From Candidatus Enterenecus sp. (GTDB lineage: Bacteria; Bacillota; Clostridia; Oscillospirales; Oscillospiraceae): a stretch of 64,000 nt of DNA. The notes beneath the pieces were generated by a model. That model was not told where the DNA came from, did no database searches, and was given only the letters and a program-made list of their open reading frames with translations. How positions within the stretch are numbered: position 1 is the first letter of the stretch; the number at the start of each line of letters is the position of its first letter. Made by a program: the position numbers and the translations under genes. This document shows, in pieces, positions 1-10,378 of the stretch. The stretch is taken from positions 9,634 to 73,633 of the forward strand of contig JBJEYO010000004.1 of assembly GCA_051886935.1 (NCBI GenBank), written 5' to 3'.

Positions 1-1789
1 CCATGGTCTCATGCTCCAGCAGGTACCGGGCCACAAGCTCCAGCTTGTCCCGGTCCCGCTCCAGAATTTCACGGCAGCGGGCGTAGGCCTCGTCCAGCAG
101 ACGCTTGACCTCGCTGTCGATGAGGGCGGCGGTCTCCTCCGAATAGGGCTTTGCCTGGGCCATGGAGCGGCCCAGGAACACCTCGTCGTGGCCGGTGGTA
201 AAGGTGACGTTGCCCAGCTTTTCGCTCATGCCGTACTTGGTGACCATGTCCCGGGCGATGGAGGTGGCCCGCTGCAGGTCGCTGACCGCGCCGGTGCACA
301 CCGAGCCCAGGGCCACCTCCTCGGCGCAGCGGCCGCCCAGCAGGGTGGAGAGGGTCTCCTCCAGCCGCTGGCGGCTGACATGACTGCGGTCCTCCTGGGG
401 TCGGTTGATGGTCATGCCGGCGGCCTGGCCCCGGGGCACAATGGTGATCTGCTGCACCGGGTCCTGGGTGGGCAGGGCCCGGCTGACCACGGCGTGGCCC
501 GCCTCGTGATAGGCGGTGATGCGGCGGTCCTCCTCGATCTGGGTCCGGCTCTTTTTCTCCGGCCCGGCGATGACCTTGATCACCGACTCCTGCACATCTT
601 TCAGGGTGATGAACTTCCGGCCGGTCCGGGCGCACAGCAGGGCCGCCTCGTTCATCAGATTCTCCAGATCGGCGCCGGTGAAGCCGGTGGTCTCCCGGGC
701 GATCTCCTTCAGGTCCACATCCTCTGCCAGAGGCTTGTTGCGGACATGGACCTTCAAAATTTCCTCCCGGCCCTTCATGTCCGGGGCGCCCACATACACC
801 TGCCGGTCAAACCGGCCGGGGCGGAGCAGGGCGGGGTCCAGAATGTCCTGCCGGTTGGTGGCGGCCAGCACGATGACCCCCTCGTTGGAGGAGAAGCCGT
901 CCATCTCCACCAGAAGCTGGTTCAGGGTCTGCTCCCGTTCGTCATGGCCGCCGCCCAGGCCCGCGCCCCGCTGGCGGCCCACGGCGTCGATCTCGTCGAT
1001 GAACACGATGGCGGGGGCCTCTTTTTTGGCCTGGTCAAACAGGTCGCGGACGCGGCTGGCGCCCACGCCCACATACAGCTCCACAAAGTCGGAGCCGGAG
1101 ATGGACAGGAACTTGACCCCGGCCTCGCCGGCTACGGCTTTGGCCAGCAGGGTCTTGCCGGTGCCCGGCGGGCCCACCAGCAGCACACCCTTGGGGATGC
1201 GGGCGCCCAGGTCCAGGAACTTCTGAGGCTCCCGCAGGAAGTCCACCAGCTCCTGCAGCTCGGCCTTCTCCTCGTCGGCCCCGGCCACGTCGGCGAAGGT
1301 GACGGTGCTCTTCTGGCCGTTGACGGCCCTGGCCTTGCCGAACTGGTTCAGCCCGCCCTGGCCGCCCTGGGCGTTCTGCTGCCGCATGGCCATGATCCAC
1401 CAGAGAATCATGACCAGCACCACCGAGATGATGGCGGGCAGAGTGACCTGGAGCCAGATGGGCATCTCTGTCTTTTGGGCGAAGTCGTAGTCGGTGATGA
1501 CGCCGGCGGCCTGCTGCTCCTGAATGAGCTGGCCCAGGCTGTCGTAAAAGATGCCCAGGTCAGCCAGGGCGTGGCAGCGCACCGTGCCGTCCGTCAGCCG
1601 CAGGGTGACCGTGTTGTCCTCCGCCACCTGGAAGGAGGAGACCTCCTCCCGCTGGAAATACTCCGTCATCTGGGCGAAGGACACATATTGGGCCTGATCG
1701 GAGGAGGAAAAGGCGGAAAACGCCCAGAACAGCAGCCCGAACAGCAGCAGGAAGATCAGGATGCTGCGGATTTGGTTCAAATTTTTCAC
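1..1789 (-). CDS. ftsH: ATP-dependent zinc metalloprotease FtsH (3' end runs off window)
   Basis: Not in the ORF track because there is no stop in the window. Manual translation from GTG at 1789 gives [17 protein letters not shown] (TM), [17 protein letters not shown] (Walker A), [17 protein letters not shown] and ITAYHEAGH (Zn motif). Lies downstream of hpt as usual. Confidence 0.97.
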   Translation of the reverse strand, partial: MKNLNQIRSILIFLLLFGLLFWAFSAFSSSDQAQYVSFAQMTEYFQREEVSSFQVAEDNTVTLRLTDGTVRCHALADLGIFYDSLGQLIQEQQAAGVITDYDFAQKTEMPIWLQVTLPAIISVVLVMILWWIMAMRQQNAQGGQGGLNQFGKARAVNGQKSTVTFADVAGADEEKAELQELVDFLREPQKFLDLGARIPKGVLLVGPPGTGKTLLAKAVAGEAGVKFLSISGSDFVELYVGVGASRVRDLFDQAKKEAPAIVFIDEIDAVGRQRGAGLGGGHDEREQTLNQLLVEMDGFSSNEGVIVLAATNRQDILDPALLRPGRFDRQVYVGAPDMKGREEILKVHVRNKPLAEDVDLKEIARETTGFTGADLENLMNEAALLCARTGRKFITLKDVQESVIKVIAGPEKKSRTQIEEDRRITAYHEAGHAVVSRALPTQDPVQQITIVPRGQAAGMTINRPQEDRSHVSRQRLEETLSTLLGGRCAEEVALGSVCTGAVSDLQRATSIARDMVTKYGMSEKLGNVTFTTGHDEVFLGRSMAQAKPYSEETAALIDSEVKRLLDEAYARCREILERDRDKLELVARYLLEHETM

Positions 1790-1838
1790 AGCTGATACCT
1801 CGTTGCAATGAGATTGCCCGCCCCGCGGCGGCTATGGC

Positions 1839-3689
1839 TCAACCGCCGTAGACGGAGGGCTTCAGAATACCGATGTAGGGCAGGTTGCGGTACCTCTCGT
1901 CATAATCCAGGCCGTAGCCCACCACAAAGGCGTCGGGGATGGAGAAGCCGGAGTAGTCGGCCTTGATGGGCTTGGTGCGCCGCTCGGGTTTGTCCAGCAG
2001 GGTGCAGATTCTGATGGAGGCGGGCTTGCGGGCCTCCAGCACGTCGGTCAGGTAGTACAGGGTGTTGCCCGAGTCCAGAATGTCCTCCACAATGAGCAGG
2101 TCCTTGCCCTCAATGGAGTCGGACAGGTCCTTCTTGATCTCCACCTGGCCGGAGCTGACGGTGCCCGCGCCGTAGGAGGACACCGCCATGAAATCCACCG
2201 TCACGGGCAGCTGGATGGCCCGGGTCAGGTCGGCCATGAAAATATAGGAGCCCCGGAGGACGGAGGCCACCACCAGGTTTTTCCCGGCGTAGTCCTTGGT
2301 GATCTGGGCGCCCAGCTCCTTGACCCGGGCGGCCAGCTCCTCCTCGGTGAACAGAATTCTTTCCACATCCTGATGCATAACAGATCCCTCTCTTTTTTTA
2401 ATGATGATATGCAGGCACGCCTCCCCCGGCAGGGCCAGGGCGTCCCGGTGGGGGCCAATGCCGCCCGCCGCGGCCGCCCGGTCCGCCCCGTCGGCCAGCA
2501 CCGGCACGCCGGCGCGCTGGCCGCGGGGGACGCGGGCCTCGATCATCCATTTTTTTATGGTCTTGTTCGGTCTGGGCCCCAGCTTGAGCTCATCCCCCTC
2601 CCGGCGGGAGCGGATGAGGTAGGGGCCGGGCTTCAGAAAGAACTCCCCCGGGCCCACATAGGCCTTGGCGGGGCAGAGGGCGGGGGCGCAGGTGAGCTGC
2701 CAGCCGCCCCACTGGTTGACCCCCTCCACCAGCGGCGCTGGGTCCGGCGGAGCCGGAACGCCGGGCTCGGACAGGATCAGCCGGTCGTACGCCCGCCGGG
2801 CGGTACAGCCGGGCAGGTCCAGCTGACCGCCGGGGGTTTCGCTGCCGCACAGCGCCAGCAACCCCTCCAGGTGGACGGCCTGAGCGCCGGGGGCCAGCCT
2901 GTGCAGGGCCCGCAGGGCGATGGGCCGCGGGGCGCCGGTCAGGGCGGACACGGGGAGGGCCACGCCCTCCTCCGTCTCCCCGCACAGCGCCAGCAGCTCC
3001 TCCGCCTGCCGCTCCAGCTCCCGGTCATCCTCGGCGGCCCGGCGGGCCCCGGCGGCGATGTGGGCGGCGGCCTGGGGGTTCAGCTCCTCCAGCAGGGGGA
3101 GCAGCTGATGGCGCACTTTGTTTCTGGTATAGGCCAGGTCGCCGTTGCTCTCGTCCTCCACATGGGGGACGCCGTGGGCGGCCAGATAGGATTCGATTTC
3201 AGCGCGGGTCACGGTCAGCATGGGGCGGATCAGCCCGTCCCGCTGTTCCGGGATGCCCGCCAGCCCGCCCAGGCCGCAGCCCCGGATCAGGTTCATCAGC
3301 ACGGTCTCGGCGTTGTCCCCGGCCTGATGGCCGGTGGCGATGAGGGCACAGCCCTCCCGGGCCGCCGTCTGCCGCAGGAAGGCGTAGCGCATCTCCCGGG
3401 CGGTCTCCTCGATTCCCAGGCCCCGGGCGGCGGCCTGCCCGGCCACATCGCCCCTCCCCACGGTCAAGGGGACGCCCAGGCGGTCACACCACGCCCTGAC
3501 GAACCGCTCATCCCGGTCCGCGGTGTCCCGCAGCGCGTGGTTGTAGTGGGCTGCCCGGACGGTGTAGCCGCCCGCCGCCGCGCCCTCCAGCAGCCGGCAC
3601 AGCAGATAGATGGAGTCCGCCCCGCCGGACAGGGCGCACAGCACCGACCCGCCGGCGGGAATCAGGTCAAAGCGAAAGCCGTCGGCCAT
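1839..3689 (-). CDS. tilS: Fused tRNA(Ile)-lysidine synthetase TilS / hypoxanthine phosphoribosyltransferase Hpt
   Basis: N-terminal ALSGGADS PP-loop, HQAGDNAET, HVEDESN and RNKVRH. C-terminal ~179 aa (ATG at 2378) has IVEDILDSGNTL (PRPP-binding) and FVVGYGLDY. No stop between the domains. Confidence 0.93.
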   Translation of the reverse strand: MADGFRFDLIPAGGSVLCALSGGADSIYLLCRLLEGAAAGGYTVRAAHYNHALRDTADRDERFVRAWCDRLGVPLTVGRGDVAGQAAARGLGIEETAREMRYAFLRQTAAREGCALIATGHQAGDNAETVLMNLIRGCGLGGLAGIPEQRDGLIRPMLTVTRAEIESYLAAHGVPHVEDESNGDLAYTRNKVRHQLLPLLEELNPQAAAHIAAGARRAAEDDRELERQAEELLALCGETEEGVALPVSALTGAPRPIALRALHRLAPGAQAVHLEGLLALCGSETPGGQLDLPGCTARRAYDRLILSEPGVPAPPDPAPLVEGVNQWGGWQLTCAPALCPAKAYVGPGEFFLKPGPYLIRSRREGDELKLGPRPNKTIKKWMIEARVPRGQRAGVPVLADGADRAAAAGGIGPHRDALALPGEACLHIIIKKREGSVMHQDVERILFTEEELAARVKELGAQITKDYAGKNLVVASVLRGSYIFMADLTRAIQLPVTVDFMAVSSYGAGTVSSGQVEIKKDLSDSIEGKDLLIVEDILDSGNTLYYLTDVLEARKPASIRICTLLDKPERRTKPIKADYSGFSIPDAFVVGYGLDYDERYRNLPYIGILKPSVYGG

Positions 3690-3691
3690 TC

Positions 3692-5050
3692 TCAGTAGTC
3701 CTCTTCGTCATAATTGTAGGCGAGATTACGGAACGTAGTGAACTCCGGCCGCCACTCCAGCTTGACGGAGCCGGTCTCGCCGTGGCGGTTCTTGGCCACG
3801 ATGCACTCGGCCACGTTGGGGTTCTCCGCCTCGTCGTCGTAGTAGCTCTCCCGGTGGATGAACATGACGATGTCGGCGTCCTGCTCGATGGCGCCGGATT
3901 CCCGCAGGTCGGACAGCATGGGCCGGCGCTGGTTGGCGGCCCGGGCCTCGTTGGCGCGGGACAGCTGGGACAGGCAGAGCACGGGCACATTGAGCTCCTT
4001 GGCCATGAGCTTCAGGGAGCGGGACATATCGGACACGATCTGCTGGCGGTTGTCGCTGGAGCGCTGGGGCCCGCCGGCGGAGGTCATCAGCTGAAGGTAG
4101 TCGATGATGACCAGACCCAGGTTTTTGACCCGGCGGCACTTGGCGTTGATGTCCGCCACGGACAGGGTGGCGTCATCGTCGATATAGATCTTGGTCTGGC
4201 TCAGGGCGGCCACCGCCATGGCGGCCCGGTTCCACTCATCCTCGCCGGAGATGCGGCCGGTGAGCAGCTTCTTGTTGTCGATGAGACATTCCATGGACAG
4301 CATACGCAGGCCCAGCTGTTCCCGGCTCATTTCCAGGGAAAAGATGGCCACGTTCTTGCCCGAGCGCTTGCCTGCGTCCAGGGCGATGGTCAGGGCCAGG
4401 GCGGACTTGCCCATGCCGGGCCGGGCGGCCAGGATCAGCAGATCGGAGTTGTTCAGGCCGGTGATCCGCCGGTCCAGGTCCACCAGGCCGGTGGAGATGC
4501 CGGGGAACTCCTCGCCGGAGGCCTGCCGCTCCTTGATGGTCTCCCACACCTGGCCCATGACGGTGGAGATGTGGGACATGCCGATGGCGGAGCGGCCCTG
4601 GCGGATGGCGAAGATGCGCTGCTCCGCCGACTCCAGCACCTGGGAGGCGGTGCCGCTCTCGCTGCGGACCATCTCGGTCAGCTCGCCGGCGGTCTCGCCC
4701 ACCCGGCGCAGCAGCGCCTTGTCCGCCACGATGTCGGCGTATTCCAGCACGTTGGCGGCGGTGGGGGTGATCTCCATGAGCTGCCGCAGATAGGCCACCG
4801 AGGCCTTTTCATCGTAGACCCCGGCCTGCTTCATCCGGTCCAGCACGGTGACGGGGTCGATGGTCTCAAAGCGGTTGAACATGCCGTAGAGCACCTGATA
4901 CAGCTCCCGGTTCTGGCGCATATAGAAGTCATCGGGGGACAGGCGGGCGATGACGTCGGGCACGCAGCGTTCGTCGATGAGCATGGAGCCCAGCACCGCC
5001 TGCTCCGCCTCTACGCTGTGGGGCATGGCAAGATCATTCAATTCATCCAT
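3692..5050 (-). CDS. dnaB: Replicative DNA helicase (DnaB family)
   Basis: PHSVEAEQAVLG, ARPGMGKS (Walker A), IIDYLQL, SDLRESGAIEQDAD, KNRHG. ATG at 5050 follows a GGAGG SD; downstream of rplI. Confidence 0.97.
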   Translation of the reverse strand: MDELNDLAMPHSVEAEQAVLGSMLIDERCVPDVIARLSPDDFYMRQNRELYQVLYGMFNRFETIDPVTVLDRMKQAGVYDEKASVAYLRQLMEITPTAANVLEYADIVADKALLRRVGETAGELTEMVRSESGTASQVLESAEQRIFAIRQGRSAIGMSHISTVMGQVWETIKERQASGEEFPGISTGLVDLDRRITGLNNSDLLILAARPGMGKSALALTIALDAGKRSGKNVAIFSLEMSREQLGLRMLSMECLIDNKKLLTGRISGEDEWNRAAMAVAALSQTKIYIDDDATLSVADINAKCRRVKNLGLVIIDYLQLMTSAGGPQRSSDNRQQIVSDMSRSLKLMAKELNVPVLCLSQLSRANEARAANQRRPMLSDLRESGAIEQDADIVMFIHRESYYDDEAENPNVAECIVAKNRHGETGSVKLEWRPEFTTFRNLAYNYDEEDY

Positions 5051-5082
5051 TTCAGCACCTCCCGGCGGGGAATCGGACGGAA

Positions 5083-5532
5083 TTACTTCTCCTCGGTCAC
5101 AACCACATAAATGGTGCCGGTGACCTCGTAGCCCAGTTTGCACTTGACCTCAAAGGTGCCGAAGCCCTTGATGGGGTCGGGCAGGACGATCTTGGACTTG
5201 TTCACATCCAGCTGGAACTGGGCCTTCAGAGCCTCGGAGATCTCCTTGCTGGTGACGGAGCCGAACAGCCGGCCGCCCTGGCCAGCCTTGGCGTGGATCT
5301 TCACTTGGCAGCTCTTGAGCTGCTCGGCCACAGCCTGGGCCTGGGCCTTCTCCTCGGCCTCCCGGGCCTTCTTGGCCTTGTCCTGCATCTTCATGGTGTT
5401 GATGTTCTCGGCGTTGGCCTCCACGGCCAGCTTGCGGGGGAGAAGGAAGTTGCGGGCGTAGCCGTCGGAAACCTCCACCATCTGGCCCCGCTTGCCCTGG
5501 CCCTTCACATCCTGCTGTAAAATCACTTTCAT
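5083..5532 (-). CDS. rplI: 50S ribosomal protein L9
   Basis: MKVILQQDVKGQGKRG...VSDGYARNFLLP, GRLFGSVT. Confidence 0.98.
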   Translation of the reverse strand: MKVILQQDVKGQGKRGQMVEVSDGYARNFLLPRKLAVEANAENINTMKMQDKAKKAREAEEKAQAQAVAEQLKSCQVKIHAKAGQGGRLFGSVTSKEISEALKAQFQLDVNKSKIVLPDPIKGFGTFEVKCKLGYEVTGTIYVVVTEEK

Positions 5533-5581
5533 GGGGATACCTCCTAAATAATCTGTGTATCTGTCCGGCGCGCGGCGGGGA

Positions 5582-7585
5582 TCAGGCCTCGCCGCCGCTG
5601 TCCTCGGAGAAATAGCTGTCCAGCGCGGCCACCAGACGGTCAGTCACCTGGTCCAGGGTCTGCCCGGAGAGCTGAGCCCCTGCCGCCGCGGCGTTGCCGC
5701 CGCCGCCCAGGGCCTCCGCGATGACCTGCACATTGATGTCGTCGATGCTGCGGGCGGACAGGATCACCTGCTCCCCGTCCTGATAGAGGACGAAGGAGGC
5801 GCTGATGCCCGCGATGTTCAGCAGCTCGTCCGCCGCCTGGGCCGCCGCCACCCGGCCCACGGCATGGGGCACCGGGGCGATGGCGATGTTGCCCCGGTAG
5901 GTGCGGGCGTTCTGGATGATGTCGTACTTGGCGATGGTGTCGGTCAGGCCGGTCTGGAACAGCTTCTTCACCTCGCCGGTATCGCCGCCGCAGCGGCGGA
6001 GGTAGGCCGCCGCCTCAAAGGTGCGGCTGCCGGTGCGCATGGTAAAGTTTTTGGTGTCCAGCATGATGCCGGCCAGCATGGCCTCGGCCTCGCCCCGCAT
6101 CAGGTCACCCGGATCCAGCAGATAGCCCAGAAGCTCGCTGACCAGCTCGCTGGCGGAGGAGGCGGAAGGCTCGTGGAAGTTCAGAGCCGCACCCTCGATA
6201 TAGGTGGCCGCCCGGCGGTGGTGGTCGATGACCGCTACCTTGGTGCAGGAGGTCAGCAGCTCCTGGCTGGACACCTGCTCGGGCCGGTTGGTGTCCACTA
6301 CCACCAGCAGGGTACGGGAGTCGGCCTGGAGCAGCGCCTCCTGACTGCCCAGAAAGCGGTCCCGGTAGTAGTCCATCTCCGCCACCCGCTCGTACAGGTC
6401 GTCGGCGGGGGTGGGGCCGCCCTCACGGATGATATAGGCGGGCACGCCCCGCTTGCGGGCGATGGCGCACACGCCCACGGCGGCGCCCACCGCGTCCATG
6501 TCGGCGGCGCTGTGGCCCATGACCATGACGGAGGAGGCGTCGGACACCAGGGAACCCAGGGCGGAGGCCATGACCCGGCTCTTCACCTTGGTGCGCTTCT
6601 CGGTCTCCTTGGCCCGGCCGCCATAGAACTCAAAGGCAAAGCGGTTTTTGATGACCGCCTGGTCGCCGCCCCGGGACAGGGCCATCTCGGCGGACAGCGT
6701 GGCGAACTTGAACAGCTCCGCCGGGGTGTCGCCGTCGATGCCGATGCCGATGGACAGGGTCACAGGGATGCCGTTGGGGCTCTGGACGGTGCGGACGGTG
6801 TCCAAAATGGAGAATTTCTCGGCCTTGTAACTCTCCAGATACTGCTCCTCAAAGATGAACAGGTAGCGGTCCCGGTCCAGCCGGCAAAAGATGCCGCCGG
6901 AGTTCCCCACCCACTGGGTGAAGCGCTGGTTGATCTCGGCCAGCATGGCGTTGCGCACGCTGTCCTCCTGGCTCTTGATGGTGTCCTCGTAGTTGTCCAG
7001 CAGGAGCACCGCCACCACCGGGCGGGTGGCCTTGTAGATGTCCCGGGTGTTGGCCAGGTCGGTGACGTCCAGCCAGTAGGTGGTGGCCAGGGTGTCGGTC
7101 TCCTTCTCCGAGGGGCGGGACACGGAGCCGAATACCTGGTAGCGGCGGCCGTTCAGCGTTACCTCCTCCGGGCACTCGCTCTTGCCCTCCAGCAGCCAGC
7201 GGGTGCTGAAGCCGGGCACCAGATCGGCCATTCTGGTGTGGAACAGGCCCTCCTGTCCGCCGGATATGCGCAGGAAGCGGTCGCTGGACCACAGGACCTC
7301 GTCGGTGTCGGGGCGGAACATGACCACCGGCAGGGGGCAGTTCAGGGCGCTGTCCCGGGTGGCGTCATCCAGGCTGCCCACCATCTCCTTCAGATAGTCG
7401 GCCGCGGTCCTCTTGCGGCGGACGGCGGAGACAAGGTATACCGCGTACAGCAGGGCCACCACAATGAGCTCGGCCACAGCCACATCCACATGGTCCAGAT
7501 AGGCGGTGACAGCCGCGAAAATGACCATGATCAGGAAGTAGAGGCCGAAACGGGGGGCCAGAAGCTGGGTGATCTTTTGGTTCAT
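5582..7585 (-). CDS. gdpP: Cyclic-di-AMP phosphodiesterase GdpP (TM-PAS-degenerate GGDEF-DHH/DHHA1)
   Basis: Two N-terminal TM helices, RGGDQA, MGH..DMDA, VIDHHRR, GGGGN. Canonical gdpP-rplI-dnaB order; start MNQKI after AAGGAG. Confidence 0.93.
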   Translation of the reverse strand: MNQKITQLLAPRFGLYFLIMVIFAAVTAYLDHVDVAVAELIVVALLYAVYLVSAVRRKRTAADYLKEMVGSLDDATRDSALNCPLPVVMFRPDTDEVLWSSDRFLRISGGQEGLFHTRMADLVPGFSTRWLLEGKSECPEEVTLNGRRYQVFGSVSRPSEKETDTLATTYWLDVTDLANTRDIYKATRPVVAVLLLDNYEDTIKSQEDSVRNAMLAEINQRFTQWVGNSGGIFCRLDRDRYLFIFEEQYLESYKAEKFSILDTVRTVQSPNGIPVTLSIGIGIDGDTPAELFKFATLSAEMALSRGGDQAVIKNRFAFEFYGGRAKETEKRTKVKSRVMASALGSLVSDASSVMVMGHSAADMDAVGAAVGVCAIARKRGVPAYIIREGGPTPADDLYERVAEMDYYRDRFLGSQEALLQADSRTLLVVVDTNRPEQVSSQELLTSCTKVAVIDHHRRAATYIEGAALNFHEPSASSASELVSELLGYLLDPGDLMRGEAEAMLAGIMLDTKNFTMRTGSRTFEAAAYLRRCGGDTGEVKKLFQTGLTDTIAKYDIIQNARTYRGNIAIAPVPHAVGRVAAAQAADELLNIAGISASFVLYQDGEQVILSARSIDDINVQVIAEALGGGGNAAAAGAQLSGQTLDQVTDRLVAALDSYFSEDSGGEA

Positions 7586-7753
7586 ACCATTCGCTCCTTT
7601 CCGCGGAAAAGGCCGATGGGCGCAGCACACCAGCCTATTACTCCATAATAGATGTATTATTATATCAGATACGGCGGGCAAAAACAAGGTCAAACGCCCT
7701 TGCCGCCGCAATTTTCTTCCGGCCGGACAGAGGAGAAAAGGTAAATCATTCTA

Positions 7754-7782
7754 TTGCGCTGGAGGACCCATGCTGGTATAAT
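7754..7782 (+). promoter_or_regulatory. Sigma-A promoter of ilvE
   Basis: TTGCGC-N17-TATAAT with TG extended -10. Confidence 0.6.
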
Positions 7783-7817
7783 ACTCTATTATTTTTATTG
7801 CCAAAGGAGCTGATACC

Positions 7818-8891
7818 ATGCTGGAGATCGCCGTCGAGCGGGCTGCCGTCCTGAAGCCCCATCCCGATCCGGACACCCTGGTGTTCGGGCGCACCTTCAC
7901 CGACCACATGTTTTTAATGGACTATCACCGGGACCGGGGGTGGCACAGCCCCCGCATCGTTCCCTACGGCCCTCTGGCGCTGGATCCGGCCAGCATGGTG
8001 TTCCACTATGCCCAGGAGGTGTTTGAGGGGCTGAAGGCCTACCGCACCCCCTCGGGGCGCATTCAGCTGTTCCGCCCTGAGGAGAATGCCCGGCGGCTCA
8101 TGTCCTCCTGCCGCCGCATGTGTATCCCGGAGATTCCGGAGGAGGATTTTCTCCAGGCGGTGAAGGCCCTGGTGCGGATGGAGCGGGACTGGGTGCCCGA
8201 CCGGCCGGGGACCTCCCTGTATCTGCGGCCCTTCATCATCGCCACCGACGCGGCCCTGGGGGTGCACGCCTCTCAGAGCTACCTGTTCGCCGTCATCTGC
8301 TGCCCGGTGGGGGCCTACTACCCGGAGGGCCTGGCCCCGGTGAAGATCTATGTGGAGGACGAGGATGTGCGGGCTGTCCGGGGCGGCACCGGCTATGCCA
8401 AGTGCGGCGGCAACTACGGCGCCTCCATCCGGGCAGGACACCGGGCGGAGGAGCAGGGCTTCTCCCAGGTGCTGTGGCTGGACGGCGTCCACCGGAAGTA
8501 TATCGAGGAAGTGGGCTCCATGAACGTGCTGTTCAAGATCGGCGGCAGAGTGGTCACCCCGGCGCTGGAGGGCTCCGTGCTGCCGGGCATCACCCGCAAG
8601 AGCTGCCTGGAGCTGCTGAAGAACTGGGGCGTCCCGGTGGAGGAGCGCCGCATCTCCGCCAGGGAGCTGTTCGCCGCCGCCGACTGCGGCCTGCTGGAGG
8701 AGGCGTGGGGCAGCGGCACCGCCGCGGTGGTGTCCCCCATCGGGCTGCTGGTCTGGGAGGACCGGAGGGCGGTGGTCAACGGCGGCCGGATCGGAGAGCT
8801 GACCCAGCGGCTGTACGACACCCTCACCGGCATCCAGTGGGGCACCGACCCCGACCCCTGGGGCTGGACCATGGAGGTCGGAGAGGACTAA
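7818..8891 (+). CDS. ilvE: Branched-chain amino acid aminotransferase
   Basis: FHYAQEVFEGLKAY, YLRPF, AKCGGNY (PLP Lys), EEVGSMN, LPGITR, GSGTAA. Confidence 0.96.
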   Translation: MLEIAVERAAVLKPHPDPDTLVFGRTFTDHMFLMDYHRDRGWHSPRIVPYGPLALDPASMVFHYAQEVFEGLKAYRTPSGRIQLFRPEENARRLMSSCRRMCIPEIPEEDFLQAVKALVRMERDWVPDRPGTSLYLRPFIIATDAALGVHASQSYLFAVICCPVGAYYPEGLAPVKIYVEDEDVRAVRGGTGYAKCGGNYGASIRAGHRAEEQGFSQVLWLDGVHRKYIEEVGSMNVLFKIGGRVVTPALEGSVLPGITRKSCLELLKNWGVPVEERRISARELFAAADCGLLEEAWGSGTAAVVSPIGLLVWEDRRAVVNGGRIGELTQRLYDTLTGIQWGTDPDPWGWTMEVGED

Positions 8892-8900
8892 AAAACAAGA

Positions 8901-8945
8901 CACAGGACCCGTTGCAGAATTGAAAGTTCTGCAACGGGTCCTGTG
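8901..8945. terminator. 19-bp-stem hairpin between convergent genes (probable bidirectional terminator or palindromic repeat)
   Basis: CACAGGACCCGTTGCAGAA-ttgaaag-TTCTGCAACGGGTCCTGTG. Confidence 0.7.
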
Positions 8946-8970
8946 GATTTACAGGGGAGCGAATGGCAGG

Positions 8971-9543
8971 TCACTCCTGCTCGGCGGCCCGCCGCTGCTC
9001 CAGGTAGGCGGCCCGGCCGGTCTCGTAGAGGTTGTTGCCCAGACTGTCGATGACCACGGTCAGGGGGAGGTTTTCCACCTCTAGTTTGCGGACGGCCTCG
9101 GCGCCCAGGTCCTCGTAGCACACCAGCTCGGCGGACTTGACGCACCGGCTCAGCAGGGCTCCGGCGCCGCCGATGGCGCCGAAGTAGACCGCACCGGTCT
9201 CCTTCATGGCGTCGATGACCGTCTGGTCACGCTTGCCCTTGCCGATCATGCCCAGCTGGCCCAGCCGCAGCAGGGTGGGGGAGTAGGCGTCCATGCGGTA
9301 GCTGGTGGTGGGGCCGGCGGAGCCGATGGGCTGCCCCGGCCGGGCGGGGGTGGGCCCCACGAAGTAGATGACCGCGCCCTCCATGGGGAAGGGCATGGGC
9401 TTGCCCTGGGCGGCCAGCTCGCACAGGCGCTTGTGGGCGGCGTCCCGGGCGGTGTACACCGTGCCGGACAGGTAGACGCTGTCCCCGGCCCGCAGGGAGC
9501 GGGCCACCTCGGAGGTCAGGGGAGCGGTGATGTGTTTTTCCAT
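8971..9543 (-). CDS. Fe-S hydro-lyase (class I fumarate hydratase/tartrate dehydratase) beta subunit
   Basis: YTARDAAHKRL, GSAGPTTSYRMD, MIGKG. Confidence 0.92.
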   Translation of the reverse strand: MEKHITAPLTSEVARSLRAGDSVYLSGTVYTARDAAHKRLCELAAQGKPMPFPMEGAVIYFVGPTPARPGQPIGSAGPTTSYRMDAYSPTLLRLGQLGMIGKGKRDQTVIDAMKETGAVYFGAIGGAGALLSRCVKSAELVCYEDLGAEAVRKLEVENLPLTVVIDSLGNNLYETGRAAYLEQRRAAEQE

Positions 9544-9544
9544 G

Positions 9545-10378
9545 TTACAGCACCTCCGTCACATGCCGGGCCACATGGCAGTTGATGTTCACCGCGCAGG
9601 GCAGGCCGGCGATATGGGTGGGCAGGGTCTCGATGTGGACGGCCAGGGCGGTGGTGCGCCCGCCGAAGCCCTGGGGGCCGATGCCCAGGGCGTTGATCTT
9701 TTCCAGCAGCTCCCGCTCCAGAGCGGCGTAGAAGGGGTCGGGGCTGGGTGCGCCGGTCTCCCGCAGCAGGGCCCGCTTGGCCAGCAGGGCGCACTTGTCG
9801 AAAGTGCCGCCGATGCCCACCCCCACCACGATGGGGGGACAGGGGTTGGGGCCGGCCTGCTCCACGCTGTCCAGAATGAACTTTTTCACGCCATCCAGGC
9901 CGTCGGAGGGCTTGAGCATGGCGATGCGGCTCATGTTCTCGCTGCCGAAGCCCTTGGGGGCCACGGTGATCTTCACCCGGTCACCGGGCACCAGGTCGGT
10001 GTACAGCATGGCGGGGGTGTTGTCCCCGGTGTTGACCCGGTCCAGAGGGTCCCGTACCACGGACTTGCGGAGGTACCCCTCGGCATAGCCCCGGCGCACC
10101 CCCTCGTTGACGGCGTCGGTGAGATCGCCGCTGATGTGGACCTCCTGGCCCACCTCCAGGAACACGCAGGCCATGCCGGTGTCCTGGCAGATGGGAGTGC
10201 CGTCCTCAATGGAGTAGTTTTCCACAATGTGATCCAGAATTGTGCAGGCTACCGGCCAGTCCTCCGCCTGGCGGGCACGGAGGATGGCGTCCTTGGTGTC
10301 CTGGGGCAGGCGGGTGTTGGCCCGGATGCACAGCCGAGCCACCGTGTCGGTGATAACGGCGGCGTTCAGTTCTCTCAT
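9545..10378 (-). CDS. Fe-S hydro-lyase (class I fumarate hydratase) alpha subunit
   Basis: PICQDTG, PKGFGSEN, PCPP..VGVGIGG, NINCHVARH (three Cys ligands). Confidence 0.92.
   Translation of the reverse strand: MRELNAAVITDTVARLCIRANTRLPQDTKDAILRARQAEDWPVACTILDHIVENYSIEDGTPICQDTGMACVFLEVGQEVHISGDLTDAVNEGVRRGYAEGYLRKSVVRDPLDRVNTGDNTPAMLYTDLVPGDRVKITVAPKGFGSENMSRIAMLKPSDGLDGVKKFILDSVEQAGPNPCPPIVVGVGIGGTFDKCALLAKRALLRETGAPSPDPFYAALERELLEKINALGIGPQGFGGRTTALAVHIETLPTHIAGLPCAVNINCHVARHVTEVL

Noticed and set aside
11-1795. 594-aa + strand ORF
   Set aside because: Antisense shadow of ftsH, which has clear motifs on the minus strand. Long stop-free antisense frames are expected at this GC content.
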